NCBI GenBank assembly: GCA_012517375.1
Contig: JAAYVC010000037.1
Location: 3,485 to 67,484, forward strand
Length of the DNA stretch: 64,000 nucleotides
Direction: 5' to 3'
DNA from: a bacterium
GTDB lineage: Bacteria > Hydrothermota > Tepidihabitantia > B3-TA06
The notes below the pieces were generated by a model. The model made no database searches, was not told the origin of the DNA, and saw only the letters and a list, made by a program, of their open reading frames with translations. The position numbers and the translations under genes were made by a program. Of the stretch, positions 57,028 through 64,000 are shown piece after piece; position 1 is the stretch's first letter, and each line of letters begins with the position of its first letter.

Positions 57028-57189
57028 ATGAAAAGATACGTATGCAACGTTTGCGGATACGTTTACGACCCGGCAGAAGGCGATCCTGAGCACGATATAT
57101 CTGCTGGTACACCCTTCGAGGAACTGCCTGCGGACTGGACCTGTCCGGTTTGCGGAGCCTCCAAAGACGAATTCTCGCCGGAAGATTGA
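57028..57189 (+). CDS. rub: Rubredoxin
   Basis: 53 aa, not in the ORF track (<60 aa). [38 protein letters not shown]. Two CxxCG knuckles. SD GGAG. Confidence 0.8.
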   Translation: MKRYVCNVCGYVYDPAEGDPEHDISAGTPFEELPADWTCPVCGASKDEFSPED

Positions 57190-57729
57190 TTTGTGAATAA
57201 CTACATTCGACATTGAAGGGCAACATCAAGTTTAGCGACTTCAGATAACAAAGCGGCCTTGCTTTGCCGCGATGCCTGACGAAGCCGGTTCGTCTTATGC
57301 GAACCTGCGTGTCCGGCTCCCAGTCTCCGAACCTCGCTTTCGCCTCGACCTCAACGGGTCTCCCATCTATCTCTATGCGCTTGATTATCTTAGACTTATG
57401 CTTGCGGGAGGCATGCCCTTTCCGCTTGCGTCGCTTGTGAGAGCGTCGAAGACAATCTATAAGCGCTTCCCGGTCAGGAGTTGTGTGGCGGTGAATAGAG
57501 TGGCAGATGGCCTCATGACTGATGGATAAGCCAGGCTTATCTATCCTGCCCGCTATCTGCTCCGGCTGTCAGTCTTCCTTGAGCTTAACGGCTACATATT
57601 CCCCGCTTGCATCGCTCTTCAACCTCTCCTTGAGGATTTCAAAGTTTATTCGTAAAAACCCTCTGCCAGGGTTCATTAATCATATGATGAGTTAAGCCGC
57701 TCAATAAACCGTGAAAGAGTAAGCTGTCG

Positions 57730-59415
57730 CTACCTTACAAGAACTACGCGCTCCCTCAAGCTTGCTTTTCCGGTTTCGAACCTGATGAAGTAGACGCCCG
57801 AACTCAGATGATGCCCTCGGTCATCGGTTCCATCCCAGACGACCTTGTAACAACCCTGGGTTTTTGGACCGTCAACAAGGCTTCTTACTACCTGTCCTGC
57901 TGCATTATATATCTTAATCGAAGCATTGCCTTCAAGACCAAGCTCGTATGAGATCTCCACATTGTTCCTTAGAAGGTAGGAGGAGAGCGTCAACTGAATC
58001 TCCTCATCTCGCTCTAGCTCGCTCACACCAGGCACCGAATCATCCGGATAAAGCTCTACGTGCTTTCCAGGTGCCATGTCTCTTCCCGCAAAGGCTGGAT
58101 AATCGGGTGCGTAGCGCCGTATCTTGAAAACAGAATTGCTGTAAACTGAATCTCCCTGCCAGACCGGGCCGCTGTCCGTGACCGGATCGATATAACGCCA
58201 AACGATATCGCCCTCCGGAGTCACCTCGAAGAACTCGCCAGAGGGTCCTTTGCAGGCAAGCGTATTGCCGTTAGGCAGACGCTGCGCCCCGCAGATGTAG
58301 GGGACGAAGAAATCCCCTGGAATCGGCGCGGTATAAGTCCATGCGAGTCCGGTCGGACCCCATGGCTGCTTGCCGATATAATTGCCTTCTTCGTCGACCG
58401 GAGGCTTGAATTCATCCAGCGACGAGTAGGGTCTGCCGGACTGAACAGAACCGTTGTTGAAGAAGATGATGTTGCCTTCTCCTGGACAGCCGGGCTCTAT
58501 CCAGTTGGCGTCGTGCCCGCCGAAGATCTTCTGGTCGTAAGAATAACCCCTGTCGTAATATGCAGGATTTCCCCAGCGGTACAGCAGGTCGCCGCCCCTT
58601 CCGTACCTGCCGCCTGTATGCCCTTTAGCCTCTTGTGTTGTCGTGGAGTGATCGATTACCCATACTTCGTTGTAGAAGGGGGTAGTCAGGATGATCTGGT
58701 CCAGTTCCTTGTTGTATTTGACGGAGTTGAGGTGAATGAAATCGGATGTGAATACGTTGCGCGCGTTGAGGTCAATTCGTTCGGGATGGTCCGCTACTTT
58801 CCCGTAGTTGTTAACCATTGAATCGTAGTCCTGCACAAGGTGATCCCAGGCATGCCACTGCCATACGATGTTGCCGCTGTCCGCACCTACTGGTTCAACT
58901 TCTATGACGTAATCGGGGTAAAGGGACAGACCGTGCAGCTTGCTTATATCTGCGCCTGCCAGAATGGCTTCCGTGTTACTTTTTATCTCCCACGCTATCA
59001 TCAGCACGTTTCCTGAGGGAAGTATCTCAATGTCGTGGTGCGAAAGGTATTTGTCTCCTGAGTACTCGAAATTCCATACCATATTGCCGTCCCAGTCGAA
59101 CTTCTGAATTCCGCCCGTAGCCCCTCCCCCGTTTAACACGGGATGCTGGCCTGTATACATGGACCGGTAAAGGTAACCGTCATCTGACAAATATGCCACT
59201 CCGCCAAGTCCCGGAATATGGTCTGATTCCCATGAACGTATCTTTCTGCCTTCGTTGTTTATGAGATAGGTTTCATACCAGTAGGCAGGCGAAAACAGCG
59301 TGTAACCCTTGAAAGAGGCTGAATCGTTTACAAACACGCCTACCGTCTGCTTTACTGCGGAAAATAGGCAAGTAGTCAGTATTAAATAAACCAAGACTAA
59401 AACTTTCTTTTGCAT
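57730..59415 (-). CDS. Secreted ASST-like (arylsulfotransferase-family) beta-propeller protein with Por/T9SS-type C-terminal sorting domain
   Basis: 561 aa. Signal peptide. HHDIEILPSGNVLM and NWIEPGCPGEGNIIFFNNG motifs (family call tentative). C-terminal tail ..SGVYFIRFETGKASLRERVVLVR resembles Por_Secre_tail. Confidence 0.5.
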   Translation of the reverse strand: MQKKVLVLVYLILTTCLFSAVKQTVGVFVNDSASFKGYTLFSPAYWYETYLINNEGRKIRSWESDHIPGLGGVAYLSDDGYLYRSMYTGQHPVLNGGGATGGIQKFDWDGNMVWNFEYSGDKYLSHHDIEILPSGNVLMIAWEIKSNTEAILAGADISKLHGLSLYPDYVIEVEPVGADSGNIVWQWHAWDHLVQDYDSMVNNYGKVADHPERIDLNARNVFTSDFIHLNSVKYNKELDQIILTTPFYNEVWVIDHSTTTQEAKGHTGGRYGRGGDLLYRWGNPAYYDRGYSYDQKIFGGHDANWIEPGCPGEGNIIFFNNGSVQSGRPYSSLDEFKPPVDEEGNYIGKQPWGPTGLAWTYTAPIPGDFFVPYICGAQRLPNGNTLACKGPSGEFFEVTPEGDIVWRYIDPVTDSGPVWQGDSVYSNSVFKIRRYAPDYPAFAGRDMAPGKHVELYPDDSVPGVSELERDEEIQLTLSSYLLRNNVEISYELGLEGNASIKIYNAAGQVVRSLVDGPKTQGCYKVVWDGTDDRGHHLSSGVYFIRFETGKASLRERVVLVR

Positions 59416-59461
59416 TAATCCTCCTTGGAGGTTAAGTGACGTTTACTAAGCGCATGCGATT

Positions 59462-61093
59462 TTAATTTACCAGAACTATTCGTTTCGTCAGACTTGTCTT
59501 GCCGGTTTCAAGCTTTATGAAATATACCCCCGATTCCAGGCTTCGACCTCTGAAATCGGTTTCATTCACATCTATCTGGTAAGAACCGGACGTCTTATTC
59601 TCATTTGCGAGCGTCTTTACCAGTTGACCGGTGGCGTTGTATAGCTTTATTGAGACATTTCCGGGAAAGTCAATCTCGTATGAGATTGCCGCGAAGCCTT
59701 TGGCAATGCCGGGAGCGTATAGCGAAGCACCGCTCTCGGGCACCGACTCCGTAACCCCCGCCAGCTCGATGGGTTCCTTTGGGGTCATATCCCGACCGCT
59801 GAATGCTGGATAGTCGGGCGGATACCTTCGTATCTTGAAAACAACATTGTTCACGATTGAATCGCCCTGACGAGCCGGTCCGTATTCGTTGACCGGGTTG
59901 ATGTAAAGCCACACGACTTCGCCTTCAGGAGTAACCTCGAAAAACTTGCCCAAAGGACCGTTGCAGATAAGGGTATTTCCGTTCGGGAGTCTCTGGGCGC
60001 CCGATATAACCGGCGCAAAAAAATCACCTGGGTTAGGCGCTGAGTAGGACCAGTAAAGCTCATCGGGGCCGAATCGGGAACCGTCAAGAACGTAGTTGCC
60101 GCTGGAATCTACCGGGGTGGCGATTTCATCCGCAGAAGAAAAGCCACGTTCGGGGCCGTTGTTGAATACAAGCATGTTGCCGGATCCGGGCACGCCTTCG
60201 GCAATCCACTGGGCGTCATGCTGCTGGAAAAGGATTTGATCCTCTGGAGTACCACTGTCGTATATCTGCGGATTACCCCATCTGTAAAGCAAATCGCCGC
60301 CCTTTCCTCTCTTGCCTCCTGAATGTCCCTGGGCTTCAGCCGTAGTAGTACCATGATCGATTACCCATATCTCGCTGTAAGTGCGGCTCGAAAGAGCTAT
60401 CTGATCCAGCTCTTCATTATAATCGATGGAGTTTAAGTGGATGAAATCGGGCTGGTAAAAAGTCTGTGCGTTAATATCAATCAGTTCTGGATGGTCTCTC
60501 ACTATCCCGTAGTTACCCTTCGAAGGGTCATAGTTTTGAACCAGGTGGTCCCATAAGCGCCATTGCCATACTATGTTACCTTCAGAACTACCTGTCGGTT
60601 CGACCTCAACGATGTATTCAGATAACAAATCCCCAGTCAGAAAATCGGGATTCGCTCCAGCCTCGATTGCCTGGTCGCGTTTGATTGTCTCCATGGCTAT
60701 AATGAGTACGTTGCCCGAAGGCATAACCTCAATATCGTGGTGGGAGCCAGGAATCTCATAATGCCACACCACATTGCTTTGCCAGTCCAGCTTCTCCACC
60801 CCTCCTCCTGAAGAGCCTACAGGCGGTGAACCGGGAACAACAATAGCCCGGTAAAGATAGCCGTCCGGTGCAAGATACGCCATGAGCCCCGGCTTATAGC
60901 CTGAGTTCCAGGAGTGGACCAGGTTGCCGTCATTATCTATAAGGTAGGTTACATAATTTGTGTTGGGCGAGAAAAGGGTGTAGCCTTTGGAGGATTCCTC
61001 CGAGTTGATTAAAAGCCCTATAGTCTTTTTTGCATGCAAGTTAAACGCCGCAATGAGCAAAAAAATATACGCCGAAAGGGCTTTATTACTCAT
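59462..61093 (-). CDS. Secreted ASST-like beta-propeller protein with Por-type C-terminal sorting domain (paralog)
   Basis: 543 aa. ~50% identical to the 57730-59415 product. C-terminus ..SGVYFIKLETGKTSLTKRIVLVN. Confidence 0.5.
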   Translation of the reverse strand: MSNKALSAYIFLLIAAFNLHAKKTIGLLINSEESSKGYTLFSPNTNYVTYLIDNDGNLVHSWNSGYKPGLMAYLAPDGYLYRAIVVPGSPPVGSSGGGVEKLDWQSNVVWHYEIPGSHHDIEVMPSGNVLIIAMETIKRDQAIEAGANPDFLTGDLLSEYIVEVEPTGSSEGNIVWQWRLWDHLVQNYDPSKGNYGIVRDHPELIDINAQTFYQPDFIHLNSIDYNEELDQIALSSRTYSEIWVIDHGTTTAEAQGHSGGKRGKGGDLLYRWGNPQIYDSGTPEDQILFQQHDAQWIAEGVPGSGNMLVFNNGPERGFSSADEIATPVDSSGNYVLDGSRFGPDELYWSYSAPNPGDFFAPVISGAQRLPNGNTLICNGPLGKFFEVTPEGEVVWLYINPVNEYGPARQGDSIVNNVVFKIRRYPPDYPAFSGRDMTPKEPIELAGVTESVPESGASLYAPGIAKGFAAISYEIDFPGNVSIKLYNATGQLVKTLANENKTSGSYQIDVNETDFRGRSLESGVYFIKLETGKTSLTKRIVLVN

Positions 61094-61336
61094 TCGTTCT
61101 CCGCAAGAAGTTTATTATCAAAACATACATCCTTCAATTAAAAAACCGCAAACACAACCCAACCACTTTTTTAATTCACCCGTTTCCACCTCACCATAAA
61201 AGATGCGAAAGATTCTACCTCGATTATAGGGGTTGGGGTAAGCATGTCAATACGTACTATTAAATACAGTATGGATTACATGAAAGTTTGTAGCGTTCAA
61301 CACTTGACAGGAATTCATTATACATTACAATAGACC

Positions 61337-62485
61337 GTGAATTTTTCCAACCAAGTCTTAAAGAAGATACTATGGGCGGTTTCAGGCACATTGATATTCA
61401 TTGCTTGTTTTCCTGCGCTGCCCTTTTCAGTTATATATGTTGAAATAACCCCTCCAGGAGATACTTCAGGCACTACGTTGAAGGCGAGCATCGAAACCGA
61501 AGGTAAGGGAAAAATCACAGTAGAATGGATGAACGCCCGTTACGATTCGGTTAAGGTTGCGAAAAGGGAAGATATTGTAACAGATACGGCAGGCGTTTAC
61601 TCCTCAATCATCTCGTCCGACCTCGGCTGGTACTGGATAAATATCTATAACGAAGGTGATTCGCTGCTTTGGCAGACGGACAGCGTCTTCTGCGGACCGG
61701 ATAGCTCCCTGCCCATCGTTCATTTTTCGCCTAATCCTGAATCGGGCGCAGTACCGCTGACGGTGACTTTTTCAAATGTAACCAAAAAAGACGCTTATAC
61801 TAGATGCCGCTGGGACTTCGGAGACGGGGCCGCGTCATCGGACTGGGAACCAGTCCATACGTACGACAGTCCTGGAGTGTTCGTTGTAAAACTAAGCGTC
61901 TGCAATCTAGCCGGCTCTTCGTCGGATTCAGCTGTAATAAAGGTCACCGAGCCCTTATCGGTGAGTTCAGTAGAGATTAACCCGCACGGAAGTTCATCGA
62001 AAACATTACTTACCGCTTCGATTCAGGTCAAGGGCGGAGGTGATCTCAAGGTTTGCTGGCTCAACGCCGTGTACGACAGCGTCAAAACCGTTTTTACCGA
62101 TGTTATAACGGTAGACTCTAACGGCGCTTACGAATCAACGTTCGACTCCGATCTAGGCTGGTACTGGATCGATATCTTCGATGAGGAAAACTCGCTTTTA
62201 TGGCATACGGATTCTGTTTTCTGCGGTCCTGACTCCACCGTACCCGAGGTTGTATTTGCGCCCAGCTGGCTCTACGGATCGCATCCTTTGACCGTGGATT
62301 TCTACAACCAAACCAGCAAGAACGAATACACAAAATGGTTGTGGGACTTCGGGGACGGATTCACCACCAACTCCGACTGGGAACCCACTCACACTTACGA
62401 AAACGCCGGACAGTTCATGTCCAGGCTCTACGTTTACTGCCTGGCAGGCTCATCCGTCGATTCGACACTGATATTCGTCTGGTGA
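61337..62485 (+). CDS. Secreted protein with two PKD-like domains (internal ~190-aa tandem duplication)
   Basis: 382 aa. Signal/TM N-terminus. PKD signatures WDFGDGAASSDWEPVHTY and WDFGDGFTTNSDWEPTHTY. The two halves are alignable. Confidence 0.65.
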   Translation: MNFSNQVLKKILWAVSGTLIFIACFPALPFSVIYVEITPPGDTSGTTLKASIETEGKGKITVEWMNARYDSVKVAKREDIVTDTAGVYSSIISSDLGWYWINIYNEGDSLLWQTDSVFCGPDSSLPIVHFSPNPESGAVPLTVTFSNVTKKDAYTRCRWDFGDGAASSDWEPVHTYDSPGVFVVKLSVCNLAGSSSDSAVIKVTEPLSVSSVEINPHGSSSKTLLTASIQVKGGGDLKVCWLNAVYDSVKTVFTDVITVDSNGAYESTFDSDLGWYWIDIFDEENSLLWHTDSVFCGPDSTVPEVVFAPSWLYGSHPLTVDFYNQTSKNEYTKWLWDFGDGFTTNSDWEPTHTYENAGQFMSRLYVYCLAGSSVDSTLIFVW

Positions 62486-62586
62486 ATAAACCCAGAAATA
62501 ACGCCGGGAGGTTTTTCTGGATACCAGCATTCGTTTGATGGGAATATTCGCGATAAAATCGAAAACGATTTAGGCAGGTCCTGAAT

Positions 62587-63306
62587 TCACTCTTTTTTTG
62601 CGGAATAGACTTCAAGTTTTGCAATCATCCCCCTAGCCCAGCGTTCTAGAAGCCCTATGTAGTATGAAGGCCGCGTTTGGAGATCGTCCTGAATATCATA
62701 CCAGTCCCTGGCTACACTCACGACTTGCTTATCGATTAAATCGTCAAGGTAATCAAGAATGTCATTTTTTCGTTCAAAGTATCTGCCGCGGACGACTAAA
62801 ATCCAGTTCTGAAGAGCGAAGAAGCAACTGTAGAAATTGGACCTCAGGCCTGATACAATACTGGACAAGCTTTCGCCGAACATCAAAAGATGCCGGGCAA
62901 TATGCAGGTTATCGCACGCTTTCATCTTGATATCGATAACAAGATCTTCGGCGCTTGGTGCAGGTATTAATCCTTCGACTGACCCGTAAACGGGCTTGCA
63001 GCCATTAAAGAAAAGCTGAGCCATGTGAAACGGAGGAGTCTGCTTAAGTTCTTTTACTGAGACAAGAATTCCTCCTGGTTTGAATTCGTCGGATGAGAGT
63101 TCACTGAAGATATCACGAAGGGTTCGTATATCATTATCGGCACAAACATCCAGCATTACCAGGCAGTCGATATCGCTTTTACGGTGGGGTTCCCCGCGAG
63201 CCCAACTTCCTATGTGGCCTATGAATTTGAGTCTTTCCCCGAAGGCAGCCATTAACTTTACTAAGAGCGCTTCGAGCCATGCGTCAACCTGCGATTGATT
63301 AAGCAT
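62587..63306 (-). CDS. Nucleotidyltransferase-domain protein (minimal Pol-beta-like NTase + C-terminal helical domain)
   Basis: 239 aa. NTase motif GSWARGEPHRKSDIDCLVMLD. Confidence 0.6.
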   Translation of the reverse strand: MLNQSQVDAWLEALLVKLMAAFGERLKFIGHIGSWARGEPHRKSDIDCLVMLDVCADNDIRTLRDIFSELSSDEFKPGGILVSVKELKQTPPFHMAQLFFNGCKPVYGSVEGLIPAPSAEDLVIDIKMKACDNLHIARHLLMFGESLSSIVSGLRSNFYSCFFALQNWILVVRGRYFERKNDILDYLDDLIDKQVVSVARDWYDIQDDLQTRPSYYIGLLERWARGMIAKLEVYSAKKE

Positions 63307-63321
63307 TAGCCTACTTCCGGC

Positions 63322-63720
63322 TCATTTTTTTTCTCTCGAACCGAAATAGCCAATGGTAAAAAAAGCTGCAAGAATCGCCTGCATAACCCACGATAAGATC
63401 ATCCGGGAAGCGGATATCAATCCTGTGATAACGCTGTAGATGTTAGCTGCGGCAATCCCCAGTATCACGACGATGGTAAGGAGAGCAACTCCACGTCTTT
63501 CAATCGGTTTTATACAGGCCCAGATGAGCAGAAGAGTCCAGCCCAGCATGAGCGCCGCGCCCATCATCATGGCGTAGCGGTAAGTCGGGCTGAAGCCGGA
63601 AAACCCCCAGAGCACTCGCGCCAGCTCGGGGATAAGCATTACAGGAACCATCACTGCATCTATTAAGGCTCCGAGTATGTATGCCGCTCTCAGCCATGCT
63701 CTTGCCTTGTGCTCTTTCAT
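63322..63720 (-). CDS. Small integral membrane protein (4 TM), unknown function
   Basis: 132 aa, hydrophobic throughout. Confidence 0.45.
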   Translation of the reverse strand: MKEHKARAWLRAAYILGALIDAVMVPVMLIPELARVLWGFSGFSPTYRYAMMMGAALMLGWTLLLIWACIKPIERRGVALLTIVVILGIAAANIYSVITGLISASRMILSWVMQAILAAFFTIGYFGSREKK

Positions 63721-63728
63721 GCATCCTC

Positions 63729-64000
63729 CTAGCAGGCGCGTTCTTTTGCGCCTTCAATCATCGCCCGGAGCGCCTGGATTCTGCCTATGTGAAGGGCGGT
63801 GTGGCAGGCTGTTATAAAGAGCCAGTGCGCTATTGAAAGCTTATCCTCAGAGCTTGCAGGGACGTTGTGGAAATCCGACGAGGTAAGCGAATCGATATAT
63901 TGGTGCGATTTCCGGCGAACATCCTTGACCCATTCAAAGACATCCTCCAGAGGTTCAACCCACTTGCGAAGGTGTTCGGAAGGACACCATTCAACACCAA
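63729..64000 (-). CDS. 3' end of a hypothetical gene running off the window (C-terminus ..HWLFITACHTALHIGRIQALRAMIEGAKERAC)
   Basis: Open minus-strand frame from the window edge to TAG at 63729-63731. His-rich motifs. Not in the track because there is no start within the window. Confidence 0.3.
   Translation of the reverse strand, partial: GVEWCPSEHLRKWVEPLEDVFEWVKDVRRKSHQYIDSLTSSDFHNVPASSEDKLSIAHWLFITACHTALHIGRIQALRAMIEGAKERAC

Noticed and set aside
1-64000. Transposases, integrases, phage genes, rRNA operons
   Set aside because: None were recognised in any frame. The mobile-looking regions (Fic islet, 30-34 kb repeat island) contain only short repeats and no recombinase.

Overview
This looks like a chromosomal origin-proximal window of a moderately GC-rich (~55-60%) bacterium, probably an anaerobe. 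Starting from the low coordinates, the + strand carries a membrane protein, hypF, dnaA (with upstream DnaA boxes), dnaN and tRNA-Leu(CAA). It then carries a thiol-redox trio (glutaredoxin-like PDO, TrxB, TlpA-like lipoprotein), HtrA and a sigma-70 family protein with odd architecture. A ~10 kb co-directional minus-strand cluster (14856-24997) holds four tandem paralogous B12-binding radical-SAM enzymes, two paralogous beta-propeller (LVIVD-like) exported proteins and a secreted protein. A Fic gene sits in an AT-rich island. A cobalamin riboswitch with a perfect sigma70 promoter precedes a TonB-dependent (BtuB-like) receptor. Downstream is a repeat-rich accessory stretch (30.0-34.1 kb) with 11-bp tandem repeats, dispersed ~90-bp repeats, two paralogous unknown genes each behind an identical duplicated promoter cassette, and an rSAM/SPASM enzyme. 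The rest of the window holds an EF-G paralog that appears translationally coupled to a hybrid-HK/CheY/REC-DUF4388 operon; an oxidative-stress/metal block (desulfoferrodoxin, ferritin, rubrerythrin-likes, hemerythrin-PAS, three tandem HMA chaperone paralogs, CopA, ArsC); a DUF134-DUF5320-NifX-like-Mrp operon; an NQR/Rnf-like nqrBCDEF locus without nqrA; rubredoxin; two secreted ASST-like proteins with Por-type C-terminal sorting tails; a PKD protein; and a nucleotidyltransferase. No rRNA, CRISPR array or transposase was seen. Several self-derived coordinates (promoters, repeats, riboswitch) are approximate to within a few bp.
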